DNA of 64,000 nt from assembly GCA_965644265.1 (NCBI GenBank), contig OZ286462.1:15314001-15378000 (forward strand). Direction: 5' to 3'. Source of the stretch: Glycera tridactyla. Lineage: Eukaryota. How positions within the stretch are numbered: the first letter of the stretch is position 1; each line of letters begins with the position of its first letter. Positions 23,097 through 36,490 of this stretch are shown piece by piece. The translations under genes and the position numbers were made by a program. The notes below the pieces were generated by a model. That model did not search any database. It was not told where the DNA came from and was given only the letters and a program-made list of their open reading frames with translations.

Positions 23097-25786
23097 TAGA
23101 GGACAATCAGCATATATCTAGTTTGCGTGTGTTCTACTGCATGAAGAGAAGCTCGTTCTACCTGAGTATAACATACAAGTGCTCTCTATATTTAGATAGA
23201 GGACAATCAGCATATATCTAGTGTGAGTGTGTTCTAATGCATGAAGAGAAGCTCGTTCCACCTGAGTATAACATACAAGTGCTCTCTCTTATTGGATAGA
23301 GGACAATCAGCATATATCTAGTTTGAGTGTGTTCTAATGCATGAAGAGAAGCTCGTTCTACCTGAGTATAACATACAAGTGCTCTCTCTTATTGGATAGA
23401 GGACAATCAGCATATATCTAGTCTGAGTGTTCTAATGCATTGAGAAGCTCGTTCTACCTAAGTATAACAAACAAGTGCTCTCTATATTTGGATAGAGGAC
23501 AATCAGCATATATCTAGTTTGAGTGTGTTCTAATGCATTGAGAATGTCGTGCTACCTGAGTATAACATACAAGTGCTCTCTATATTTGGATAGAGGACAA
23601 TCAGCATATATCTAGCTTGAGTGTGTTCTAATGCATGAAGGGAAGCTCGTTCTACCTGAGCATAACATACAAGTGCTCTCTATATTTCGATAGAGGACAC
23701 TCAGCATATATCTAGTTTGAGTGTGTTCTAATGCATGTAGAGAACCTTGTTCTACCTAAGTATAACATACAAGTGCTCTCTATATTTGGATAGAGGACAA
23801 TCAGCATATATCTAGTTTGAGTGTGTTCTAATGCATGAAGAGAGGCTCGTTCTACCTGAGTATAACAAACAAGTGCTCTCTATATTTCGATAGAGGACAA
23901 TCAGCATATATCTAGTTTGCGTGTGTTCTACTGCATGAAGAGAGGCTCGTTCTACCTGAGTATAACATACAAGTGCTCTCTTTTTTTGGATAGAGGACAA
24001 TCAGCATATATCTAGTTTGAGTGTGTTCTAATGCATGAAGAGAAGCTCGTTCTACCTGAGTATAACATACAAGTGCTCTCTATATTTAGATAGAGGACAA
24101 TCAGCATATATCTTGTCCAAGTGTGTTCTAATGCATGAAGAGAACCTTGTTCTACCTGAGTATAGCATACAAGTGCTCTCTATATCTGGATAGAGGACAA
24201 TCAGCATATATCTAGTGTGAATGTGTTCTAATGCATTAAGAGGAGCTCGTTCTACCTGAGTATAAGATACAAGTGCTCTCTATATTTGGATAAAGGACAA
24301 TCAGCATATATCTAGTTTGAGTGTGTTCTAATGCATGGAGAGAACCTTGTTCTACCTGAGTATAACATACAAGTGCTCTCTATATTTGGATAGAGGACAA
24401 TCAGCATATATCTAGTTTGAGTGTGTTCTAATGCATGGAGAGAACCTTGTTCTACCTGAGTATAACATACAAGTGCTCTCCATATTTGGATAAAGGACAA
24501 TCAGCATATATCTAGTTTGAGTGTGTTCTACTGCATGAAGAGAATCTTGTTCTACCCGAGCATAACAAACAAGTGCTCTCTATATTTGGATAGAGGACAA
24601 TCAGCATATATCTAGTTTGAGTGTGTTCTAATGCATGAAGAGAACCTTGTTCTACCTGAGTATAACATACAAGTGCTCTCTATATTTGGATAAAGGACAA
24701 TCAGCATATATCTAGTTTGAGTGTATTCTAATGCATGAAGAGAACCTTGTTCTACCTGAGTATAACATACAAGTGCTCTCTATATTTGGATAAAGGACAA
24801 TAAGCATATATCTAGTTTGAGTGTGTTCTACTGCATTAAGAGAATCTTGTTCTACCTGAGCATAACATACAAGTGCTCTCTATATTTGGATAGAGGACAA
24901 TCAGCATATATCTAGTTTGAGTGTGTTCTAATGCATGAAGAGAAGCTCGTTCTACCTGAGTATAAGATACAAGTGCTCTCTATATTTGGATAGAGGACAA
25001 TCAGCATATATCTAGTTTGAGTGTGTTCTAATGCATGAAGAGAATCTTGTTCTACCTGAGTATAACATACAAGTGCTCTCTATATTTGGATAGAGGACAA
25101 TCAGCATATATCTAGTTTGAGTGTGTTCTAATGCATGAAGAGAATCTCGTTCTACCTGAGTATAGCATACAAGTGCTCTCTATATTTGGATAAAGGACAA
25201 TCAGCATATATCTAGTTTGAGTGTGTTCTAATGCATGAAGAGAACCTTGTTCTACCTGAGTATAACATACAAGTGCTCTCTATATTTGGATAAAGGACAA
25301 TCAGCATATATCTAGTTTGAGTGTGTTCTAATGCATGAAGAGAACCTTGTTCTACCTGAGTATAACATACAAGTGCTCTCTATATTTGGATAAAGGACAA
25401 TAAGCATATATCTAGTTTGAGTGTGTTCTACTGCATGAAAAGAATCTTGTTCTACCTGAGCATAACATACAAGTGCTCTCTATATTTGGATAGAGGACAA
25501 TCAGCATATATCTAGTTTGAGTGTGTTCTAATGCATGAAGAAAAGCTCGTTCTACCTGAGTATAACATACAAGTGCTCTCTATATTTGGATAGAGGACAA
25601 TCAGCATATATCTAGTTTGAGTGTGTTCTAATGCATGAAGAGAATCTTGTTCTACCTGAGTATAACATACAAGTGCTCTCTATATTTGGATAGAGGACAA
25701 TCAGCATATATCTAGTTTGAGTGTGTTCTAATGCATGAAGAGAATCTTGTTCTACCTGAGTATAGCATACAAGTGCTCTCTATATT
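23097..25786. repeat. 100-bp satellite/minisatellite array, about 27 copies
   Basis: ggacaatcag at 23101, 23201 and onward; unit gataga ggacaatcagcatatatctagtttgagtgtgttctaatgcatgaagag...ttctacctgagtataacatacaagtgctctctatatttg. Confidence 0.98.
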
Positions 25787-27657
25787 ATGAGGTGGATCAG
25801 GATCGTCATTCGGCATGGGAATCGTCAAAGTGCAGCCTCTCTCGGACGTGTGGAACTAGTGTGAATGAGTATGATTCACAGGTGTCGTACGTCATTAGTC
25901 TGTAGAGAGGGTATGGTCATGAAGAGTTTGTTTTCACTTCTGAGTGTTAATATGTAGAATCTTATATGACGTGTAACAATAGGGAAGATGCTCTATCATA
26001 GTGCTCTGCATGAAGCAACTATCTTATGATCCTGGTGTTGGTATATGTTTCGCAAATAAGCATTATATAAGTTATTGCATTGCATGGACTTTACTATGAT
26101 CATACTCATATCATTCAACGTTCCATGTAGCAACAAAGAAGAGCAGTGCTGAATGATCCTACCTATACCTATTCCATGGGCACACACAGAGGACGCTGAC
26201 CTGCAAAACTATCAAAAGTTACCTATCAACCGAAAAACCAAATAGGAACTATTACCTGCATGCGCAGGATTATTTGAAGGGAGTGTGATGATCAGGAAGA
26301 GATTGTTCTCATTCCCCATACGTGATGATATGGAAAATGATATATGAACTCCGGTAGGGAGCCCTCATTATCACTGGCCATAGGTGTTTATATGCGAGGT
26401 AATATATCTCATAGATTAATGTGTAACAAACAAATTTGAATGAAGGTACCTCTCTCAAAAGTGGACTTCAGGCAAGAAAAAAAACAAGATTGCCGTCAAA
26501 ATTCACTGATTATTCCTGATCCATCACAATCATGGCCAAATCGATATAACAATTCATATACTCATATAAACTGTATTTGATACCCACAAAAAACATATAA
26601 TCAAATGAAAACGTGACTAGAATGGGACATGCTATCCAGACTTTTGTGGCTAGCAAAAGAGCATTTTGGGCAACATGATACACAAACTGTGTTTCACCAC
26701 CTATTTGTTTGACTGAGAAGTGTTAGAAAAGAATATAAGCGAAACAGTCTGAGAGTGTGGCCAGACAGTATGTTATAGTCCATGTTACATTATAATGCTG
26801 TTCTGCTACACACTTGATTGAGTTTCCATGCAGACTGAGTTCATATAGAGAAGTAATTGGGATGATAGACCGAGGTATGTATGACAAGCTTGCACCATAT
26901 ACTGAAGGTCGAATAGAAAAGCAGGTCACTTCTGGCTGTAGCTCTACTATGTCTCAATCACTAATCTCATGATCAGGCACAAAACAACTACATCTTCTTC
27001 TATCAAACCAGACTAACGCTGTGCACAAAATTTGCAATATCTTCATCCATACTCTTCTTATTTTCATGAAATCAAAAGTGAATTGAAGCGGATGAACATC
27101 TATATACAATTGGCATTCCAAACCCATGCATAACTATTTAGAATTACATTGAATTTGAAAAATTGCCTACGACTGCAGAAAGCTAGCATACCTTGAGTCA
27201 TCAAGCATCAAGTTGTGGTCTGAGACCCATGACCTTGAATTTCATCAATAACTGCACATTATGTCTACCTGCTGTTCCAGTCTGAGTTAGTATACAGATT
27301 TGCTCTACTTTCTCTTTCATTTTTGACAACCTGGAATTTGCCACAAATGTATCAAAATCTTCATCTAGGGTGCAAGTCATGTCCAGTAACTTTTCACTCA
27401 TCAAGATATATCCTTCAATGACACTTGTGTAGTGTGGTAAATCGGATCCAAGGTCATCACAGGCAGATGATGAAAGAAAAGGTTCGTAGGTGACCTTTTT
27501 CAAATCAAGGTTAACTGATGGCTCATCTCGAGCAGCAATCACTACTGTGTTGCCACCTTCTTTTGAGGATTGACCCACGGACTACTGCATTTCTAACAAA
27601 TATATGCTTCGAGGGAGATCTGTGCTCCCCATTCTGCCTCGAATAATCATGGACGTA

Positions 27658-28144
27658 TTTGCAACTTGGGTTATGTTTCAAAGTATGGATCAATGATGGT
27701 GATGGTGATGAGGGTGAACCCACCAGCAAGGATATCCTGCCACACNNNNNNNNNNNNNNNNNNNNNNNNNNNNNNNNNNNNNNNNNNNNNNNNNNNNNNN
27801 NNNNNNNNNNNNNNNNNNNNNNNNNNNNNNNNNNNNNNNNNNNNNNNNNNNNNNNNNNNNNNNNNNNNNNNNNNNNNNNNNNNNNNNNNNNNNNNNNNNN
27901 NNNNNNNNNNNNNNNNNNNNNNNNNNNNNNNNNNNNNNNNNNNNNNNNNNNNNNNNNNNNNNNNNNNNNNNNNNNNNNNNNNNNNNNNNNNNNNNNNNNN
28001 NNNNNNNNNNNNNNNNNNNNNNNNNNNNNNNNNNNNNNNNNNNNNNNNNNNNNNNNTTTGCAACTTGGGTTATGTTTCAAAGTATGGATCAATGATGGTG
28101 ATGGTGATGAGGGTGAACCCACCAGCAAGGATATCCTGCCACAC
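27658..28144. other. Assembly artefact: identical 88 bp on both sides of N-gap 27746-28056
   Basis: 27658-27745 equals 28057-28144, which suggests overlapping contig ends. Confidence 0.75.
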
Positions 28145-28217
28145 AGACAGACAGACAGATAGACAAACAGACAAACAGACACACATTCAGACAGTCAGAC
28201 AGATAGATAGATAGATA

Positions 28218-28266
<49 letters not shown>

Positions 28267-28380
28267 AAACAGACAGACACAAAGACACACAGACGGACAC
28301 ACAGACACACAGACACACAAACGGACACACAGACAGACACACAGACAGAGAGACGGATGGGGATGGATAGATAGATAGAA
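28140..28380. repeat. Compound (CAGA)n/(GATA)n/(CA)n microsatellite
   Basis: Direct reading. Confidence 0.9.
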
Positions 28381-28844
28381 TGGACCTTCATCGGTCTTCA
28401 GCAGTTCGGCGATAATATCTTGAATGACGCTAGATATACATAAATTTGACACGTTACCTTCTGATACGGATTACCACAATGTTGGTGCAAGAGTGGAGTT
28501 TCGGTGATTAGGATGTGAAAATCATATAGCTGTAGGTAGAAGTTTTCCCGGGACTCTTGTCTTTGCTACCTTGATATTCTGCTTGCATGACATCGAAGAC
28601 TGCAGAGTATGTGGTTGAGGACTTCGATATGATAAGCTAGCAACAGCCCTTCCATTCCACCACCAGGGGGACTTCTTGCTACAAGCACGGGGTCACTCCT
28701 TCATAATGGAAGATTGACGGTGCCACCATGGATGGCCATTGTCCTCACCGACAACTTTCACATTACTGGTTTGACGTCGCTGGACGACAGAGGGATAAGC
28801 TGAGGTGCAATGATATGACCATGAGGGGTAGAAGAGCACTGGCT

Positions 28845-29018
28845 GCAGTAGTAGCAGTAGTAGTAGACGTACTCGTAGTAGTATTAGCAGCACTGATAGT
28901 GATGGTAGTAGTAGAAGTAGTAGTCCTGATGGTATTCATAGTTGTGTTAGTAGTCGTAGTAGTAGCAGTGGTGGTAGTAGTAGTATTGATAGTACGCTTG
29001 GTAGTAGTAGTGGTAGTG

Positions 29019-29090
<72 letters not shown>
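28845..29090. repeat. (GTA)n trinucleotide microsatellite with degenerate flank
   Basis: Direct reading; it explains the poly-Val and poly-Thr ORFs. Confidence 0.95.
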
Positions 29091-30644
29091 TAGATGCAGT
29101 TCATATCGATCTCCCTCGATGACAACTCATCACTTATGATCGTGTCGGATCCCACTGGCCCTTTCTGTTCTCACAAAAATAAGCAGTTGAATTCCATTCT
29201 TTGCTGCTGTGGTAGCTAACATAATTCAATTCAGTTGAAATATACTCGTCCTGCAGCAATAACCATTTCTGGATTTCTCAAGAAGTATCCCCAGCACCCA
29301 TTCAAGAAGAGGCGATAGCACACCTGAAGATATTGCATGGTGTGCTGGCGTCCGTGTAGTCACAGCAGGTGCACGTCAGATGCCAGGTAGGCCACCAGAC
29401 TCTCTGCATCCTTTGCTGCTATGGCAACAATGGGATGCATCAAGTGCTGGCCCCACCTGTTCATCAATGAAGCCGGTCCGAAGGGTCTCTTTCAGCCTTC
29501 ATTAATATGACATGGGTACTTGCAATTTGCATATAAGACAAATGATGAATGAAAGCATCTAGTCATTGTGGATGCATTCATGGTAGTGGTACTGGCCCCG
29601 GTAAATTGTGTGTCCTTTGGTGACCTATGGAGAATCTCCATCAGATCAAGATGGGATTAGTGGTATAATGAGGCAGGAAGTCACGAAGGTACCTCCATCG
29701 GGTATTTCCAGTGGGTGGCTCGACAGTGCTTTGCGGATAGGAGCAGATAATTGAATAGAATATTCAAGTATAATTTTCTAATATCAGACGCAGTTCAAAG
29801 TATACAACAAACATGATCATCTGGAATTGAAGAACAAGGAATTGGCTATTAATCTCGTTGATCGCTTATTCTTTGGAGATCGTAGATTAAGCAAAACAGG
29901 TACATTGAATGACTTGGTATTGGAAATGCAAATGAGTGCATCGGCGAAAATGAATTGAGATGAAACAGCTTCACTTAGCATTCGCCGTAGGATCCCATCA
30001 TTCTTGACTGCCTTACCTACGCCATACGATATGATCGAATGAGGTTTCTTGTTATAGGAGAATATGAACTTGGAAACAAAAACAAGCAGGTACACCATTT
30101 CAATCTGCTAATTGTTCAATGGATTATGTGAAATTACAGGCGATCTTCAAAAGATGACTTGCAATAATCTGCATGATTTTCGAAAGGATTTGCCTTTGTT
30201 TTAATAGATTCACATGGCGAATCTGCCGGCATCATCGACTGCTCTTCGTTCTTTGTTCGATCAAAGAGAGTGAAATCTGCTTGACATATTTTACGGAATT
30301 AGGTCAATCATCTAGGTCACGTGAACTTATTTCAGGTTTCATTTATAGTCACTGGAATTTCCTGATAGCCTGGTAATGAGTCTCTCCTCATTCTGATCTC
30401 ATTACTGAGAATGGCACGCACACCTGTCAAATTTGAACGGGATAGACTTCAATGCTCATACATATTAAGATGAACGCTGGTTCTTCAGGGCGAAGACAAC
30501 TGATCACTGTCCATACCTTCTCCTTGGCGTCGAAAGTCGACAATACCTCTTTCCCTCATTCAGATTGAGTACCACATCTTTATTACCCCATACCATGACC
30601 GGTAGAATGACTAGCTGCCGAACAGTGGGCAATTTCCAGTACAA

Positions 30645-30812
30645 CACCGAGGAAACTCACCTGGCTATTTCTGACATTGATAAAGAGCATCAAGATGCAT
30701 GTTATATAATTCGCTGATGGGTCACTGTGACCGAGGAAACGCACCTGGCTATTTCTGACATTGATAAAAAGCATCAAGATGCATGTCATATAATTCGCTG
30801 GTGGGTCACTGT
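30645..30812. repeat. 84-bp tandem duplication (2 copies)
   Basis: ccgaggaaac at 30647 and 30731. Confidence 0.9.
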
Positions 30813-31117
30813 CAGACACATGAACGAAGAGAAACCAATATGTTGGTTTGAAATATGTGACTTCTGTTTCCGGTGAAAATTGTAAGCTATTTCAAGCTGA
30901 GCCGGATAACGATGCTATTCTCCTGTATATCCACACACAATTGATGCAATTGCTACAGTCTCAAAAAACTTGCCACAGGTATCATATGACTGTAAATGTT
31001 CTGTTTGAGCAATGTGAAATAGAATTTGAAATTTCCATCTTTGTGATCCTGCATCGGAATCTCACGTAGGTGCCAATGTGGTTAGGAAATGAAAAAATTA
31101 TATGCGTACTTTACAAA

Positions 31118-31303
31118 CATTTGAACTTGCTCTAGACCCTGTCTTCATACAAAGACCACCCGCCCACAAAGGCCACCCAAGCCTCAAATGTGATTTTTTT
31201 CCAATAGGGAACAATCTCTCTCCAAAGACCACCTGCCTACAAAGACCAGTTTTTGATGCACTGCTCAATTCACATGAGTGGTCTCTATAGACAGGATTGA
31301 CTG
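31118..31303. mobile_element. Longer copy of the same pogo-like MITE family
   Basis: Degenerate left TIR catttgaacttgctcta, right TIR tatagacaggattgactg|TA, and aaagaccacc repeats. Confidence 0.7.
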
Positions 31304-31704
31304 TATAACTGGTCAAAGGTCGAATATCCCTGACACATTGGCTCTGTGCTTATGTCGCCTATTCACAAAAAATGTATTGTATTCTGAAATAAAATGGGAT
31401 TATACCAGACCAATCATAATTGGTTGAAATCATCTGAGAACCCATATTTGGGCCAACTGTGTAAAATGTGTAACAGTTCATATGGGGTAAACTGTGTTCA
31501 ACTGTGGGGATACATGAAACATCATGTGAACCGAGTATACTTGAAATCTAATTCCATCTAAACATAATGTGAACTGAATCACTTAAACGTCCATGTAAAA
31601 CGGGACATAAACTTCACCTGAACTTGATACATCTTGTCAACATGAGGTATAAGTACTCCAGTTTACCAAGTAAACGTCATATTTCATGCAGTGTACTTAC
31701 GACA

Positions 31705-31975
31705 GCGGTTTTTGAGATCTCCGCCTGCGGCTGGAGATCTCCATGCTATTGCCTCGCTTCTTGACCTGCACACTAACTTCGCCGATTCTGATGCTCGAAA
31801 CTGTTATCATCAACGGATTTTGGGTCAAAGCTGTGTGAAAGGCACGAATGCTGTAATCTGACACAATGTCAACATGATTTATTGATTCCATTAACGACAT
31901 TATGAGTAACTGTAGCGATTACTTAATGGGAAATTATCCGTACACTCGTTTTTGTGGCCGATTACTGCAGCACAC
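31705..31975 (-). mobile_element. Dispersed repeat with terminal hairpin (copy 2)
   Basis: Same motifs as the 8995-9260 copy, in the opposite orientation. Confidence 0.7.
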
Positions 31976-33371
31976 AGATCTCGGCAGCACAGATATGTTC
32001 ATTGCATTCTCACAGGGTAGTGTTTGGGAGAGGAGCTGTCACCAGCGAGTGCTGCTGATTGCCGAGTGAACCGTCGGTAAAGGTCATCGAATGTCTGTGA
32101 ATCCTATAAATTATACATCCTCCCCTCTCTCCAATTCTCTCTATCTCTCTCTGTCTGTCTGTCTATCCCTCTGTGCGTGTGTCTCCATCTCTGTCTGTAT
32201 GTCTGTCTCTGTATCTCTGTCTCTGTATCTCAATTTCTTTCACCAACAATTATAATGATGATAATGCATGTAGCAGAAGTAGTAGCAGTGATCCCAGTAG
32301 TTCATGTGAATGTTGTTGCCATAGTAACATCCGCATGAATAACAATAATATACAATCACACTCCAGATTACCATCAGAATTTTCCACTTCAGTATCTCGA
32401 TTATCTTAAGCATCACCATTGAGAGAAACAGAGGAAGAGAGCAAGCGAGAGAGACAGAAAGAAAGAGAGAGTGCAGATATGGAGACAGGAGGACAGACAC
32501 ACAGTGCTAAACATTCTCTTTTCTGACATATCAAAGGATATGGTAGTGATCTGGTTGATCAAATTTGGAGTCCTTTCATTTCTCGTACAATGGAAGCTGA
32601 GTCATCAATTCTGGCATTGCGTGGGTTGGAAATTTTTATGAGAGCATCTCAGTTGTGGGGCATGGGGTGATGGCTGATACATAGTCATTATCAAGGCACG
32701 TTGAATGAGCCACACAAGCCCTATGCCTTTATTGTGTTGACATGGATAATTATTCCCTCAATGATAGTCATTATAAGTCTGGCTCATCCCATACGCACGA
32801 CATCATATACCTACTCCTGTGCGAGCTCGGGATGTATCATGCAGGTCTCGATCCTACAAGAGCTTTTAAAGCTTATAGCTGATAATAATCATAATACTGA
32901 CAAGAGTATTAATAATGATATCACCACGAGTAGAGTAGAAGATTACTCTCAACAACATACAATCACCAGTGATCGAAAAGTGAGAAAATTATGTTGAATT
33001 TCAGTAGACAGGTCTGACTTCGCACATTGCCAATGAAGACGTACATATTCAATCGGGACTTCATTCAAAGAAAACACAGCTGATGCCAGCACCCTGAACA
33101 TCCAAACCATATCACAGCATACTTTTCTCATTCAACTCATCATGTCAATAGCTATGTGCTCATAGTATGTTCTGATACTATTCACAGCCTCCTCTGTCCG
33201 GAAGTAGGTATGCATAGATGTTAACTAATATATCATTCTGCTATGTGCATAAGGGAAAAGATCGTCGCTGGACATGCCTGGTTGAGGGTAATTGAGTTCT
33301 ATGACATCCGAAAATCATCTCACACCGCGCCAAACAGCATTGATTTGAGCTTGTACGATTGAATTAACTGC

Positions 33372-35520
33372 TTTGATTTGAAAATCTTTATTCAAGGAGC
33401 AAGGACAACGTCGTACTACGTGCTCAAAAGGTCAGCTTAACTATTAACAATAAACATATGTACAAGACAATTATAATGTATATAAGAAATGTGAGAGATC
33501 CCTGTAGTGTCGTATGTTGAACTATTAGGTATGTGAAAATATGGAAAATATGAAAAATCAGCAGTTACATACAAAGGTAACAGTATGGAGGTGGATGGCT
33601 GGAGGATAGTGAGGAGTGACTATATAGACTAGGTATAGTAGTATGAATATGTACAGCTGGCTATTCCAAAATTCGAAGACATTTTATATGGCTGTCAAAC
33701 TCGGGCAAGACGTGATGGCTAATCAATCAAAATGGTATCATGCCTAGATATGCATGTAAACAGATATTAATCAAACATAATATAAATATACACAGATATA
33801 CACAGGTGAAGATAAACATGAATCAAGGCCATATAGTTATTTACAGTGGTGAAGACAAATATAAGTTAAAACTATATGCCCCTGGTAGCTATGATGCTGG
33901 ATCATTGTGATTTTATGGGCATGGCAGATAAGCAAAAAGATATGATGGGCTAATGTGAACAAGAAATGGTATTCGAGATGGATGGTAGACATTACATCAC
34001 AAGCAGCCTTATAATTCTGTAAGATTTCCTGGCGTATCTTTCATATGCTGGAAAGTGCCTTGATGTGCTTTTTGAAATTTGAAATATTATTGGGAGACCG
34101 GATATGGTTAGGGATCGAGTTCCATAATTTGATTACTTGTGGAATAGTTCGAATCTCCATGAAATGAGTGCGGCAACGCCTGATTTCCAGGTCCAAGGTC
34201 TTGGTTTGCCTGGTTTCCCGACTAGAAATATTAGCTCGGTGGTGATAGATTCATGAAGTTGAGAAGTTCCTATTCAATGAACCAACTCGAACATTTCCAT
34301 AGATAGTTGCCTATGCAATAAGGTTTCAAGATATGGTACCTTTAGACTAGTGTGGCTATCACTTGCAGAGAACTGCGCCATCCTAGGCATTTGATAATTC
34401 TAAGCAACTTTTTTGACATACCTGAAGTCTTAACTTGGATTTTCCATTCATTCCACACAGGACATAACAATTAAAGCAGAAAAGATGTTGAATGAGGGAG
34501 TGATAAATGAACAGCGCTCTTTTTTCGGTAATGAATGGTCGAATATGAGAGAGAGCGAATCTCTGTGTCATGACCTTTTCTAATACATACTCGCAATAGT
34601 TATTAAAGGAAAGGTTTTCATCCAGCATGATGCCTAAGTATTTGTATTGACTAAGACGAGGTATATGTGTTCCCTGAAAAGCAAGTTGCTCTGCATCAAT
34701 TCTCTGCGTTTGCTGGTGAGTACCGAAAAACATTACACTAGATTTCTCCAGGTTCAAGGAAAGCTTCATGTATGCAAACCAACTTCGTAGTGTCGTGAGA
34801 TCATCTTCTAATTTTGTGATTATTTCGACTTCTGTTCTACCAGTTGCACATATGGCCGTGTCGTCGGCATTGTTTTAGGACTGATGGCAGATGGTTAACA
34901 TACAACACAAATAATAATGGGCCCAGAATAGAGCCTTGGGGTACTCCATGAGTAATTTCTAGGCGTTCAGATAAGACACTTCCCAGTTTCACTCTTTGAG
35001 AACGTCCAGTTAGGTAAGATTCTAACCAAGATGTTGCAGAGTATATGAAGCCTTCTTCGGTTAACCGTTGGATTAATCTGACGTGATCCACTGTATCAAA
35101 CGCCTTCTTCAGGCGACAGTCAGCTCATCATCAGCAATACTCAAATTCAAGAATGTTTCGGAGGGGCTCAAAAAGTCGAGTTTGCTTTTTTTGCAACAGA
35201 TGATGGACTTCAGAGATTTGTGGGTAATACTTTGGATGTTGAGAGATCCGAAACTAATGCTAGGCAAATTTGATAGAGCTGTTGATAAGTAGTTGATATC
35301 AGAAAGTGGAAGTGCGCTCGGGAAGACATGTGTTTCCCTGCGTCTGTTGAGGTACATGAGAATAAGGTAGTAGTATCTATATGGATTGTTACACTGGGAG
35401 AAGTGGCGTTATCTGAATAATCGTTGAAAAAAAAATCAGATATAAAATATAAGATATGATATATATTGTAATATAGAGAGCGGATGGGTCGAATCTTCTG
35501 CCTGAAATTTTTGACCAATA
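33372..35520 (-). mobile_element. Internally deleted CR1/L2-type LINE with recognisable 3' end
   Basis: Minus strand: endonuclease start (SLNIQS...SETFLN) fused at about 35110 to RT (LKKAFDTVDH, GVPQGSILGP). RT C-terminus LNLEKS...YKYLG...LWNSIP. 3' end AATAAAGATTTTCAAATCAAA at 33392-33372. Confidence 0.85.
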
Positions 35521-35799
35521 ATATTTGCTGACTGCCTTCTAGAAATTTAGTAAATTTGAACTTGACTTAGCGGGCGTGTAGCTCAGTAATGCAGTAGGTG
35601 CAACGGAACTTGCACAGTCTTGTAATCTTCAAATTCATGATTCATTTCACATACATGTAATAGACAACCCAAGCAACTAAACAACAATAGCAATATACAC
35701 ATGTACTTAAGAGAGATCGGAGACCTGTCTCAGTGAATATTCGCAAATAGTATAGGGCAGTGCTAATTCGGTGCTAGTACAGTGGCTAGTGTCCAAGTG

Positions 35800-36065
35800 A
35801 TGTCCAGATACCATTGATCATGTACTTCTGTTGAAGCAACTTAAAAAAGTTGGATTTAGCGAAACTAGCACTAAATGGATAGCTTCGTACTTAGGCGGCC
35901 GCACTCAGGCAACAGAAATCGACCAAGCAGTGTCCCAATCTCTACCGGTCAGTTATGGAGTGCCCCAAGGATCGATAGTGGGACCTTTGCTCTTCATCTT
36001 GTACACTAACGACCTTAGACAGAATCTCGATTTCTGCCATCCTTTCCTGTACGCGGATGAAACTT
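35800..36065 (+). mobile_element. Short LINE RT fragment
   Basis: DTIDH...KWIASYLGGRTQ...GVPQGSIVGPLLFILYTND...YAD. Confidence 0.9.
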
Positions 36066-36490
36066 CACCCCGGCAAAAAACCTGAAATCTTCAAATCATC
36101 ATTTTAGTTGTCGAACCGCAGATTATATGGTGGACACGTGTATCACCACAGTTGCAGCAAGGTGTTGTCCTGATGACTTCACCTCAGCAAAAGTAGTAGA
36201 CGTAGTTGGTGGGTGCTGTAGCAGGGTGTCGTTGAAGGTCGGCTGGAACATCAAGCAGGAATTGCAGCAGGTTGTCATCCTGACGACTTCACCCGGCAAA
36301 ATCGGAAATGATCAAAGCGTCACCTCGGCAAAAGTAGAAGACGTAGTTGGTGGGAGCTGTAGTGGGGTGTCGTTCAGGGTCGGTTGGAACATCAAGTAGG
36401 AATTACAGCAGGGTGTCATCCTGACGACTTCACCCCGGCAAAACCGGAAATGATCAAACCATCATTCTCACTGTCAACCCGAGGATTACA
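36060..36490. repeat. About 141-bp degenerate tandem repeat, about 2.5-3 copies
   Basis: cgtagttggtggg at 36201 and 36342; acttcacc(c)cggcaaaa occurs three times. Confidence 0.75.

Noticed and set aside
23097-25786. CRISPR-like regular array
   Set aside because: Whole units repeat with no unique spacers, there are no cas genes and the context is eukaryotic; it is a satellite. The same applies to the 90- and 107-bp arrays.
26252-26270. NRF1-like tgcgcatgca next to a minus-strand donor as an ASB first exon or promoter
   Set aside because: A single imperfect motif with no supporting promoter context.
28693-29155. Poly-Val and poly-Thr mucin-like ORFs
   Set aside because: Translations of a (GTA)n microsatellite.
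31701-31828. Candidate 5' UTR exon of the ASB gene (good AG and GT sites)
   Set aside because: It lies within a dispersed repeat also present at 9.0-9.3 kb, and there is no transcript evidence.
35570-35600. tRNA-like start gggcgtgtagctcagt (also gtagctcagtgg near 15665)
   Set aside because: No B-box or T-arm (GTTCRA) and no cloverleaf downstream.
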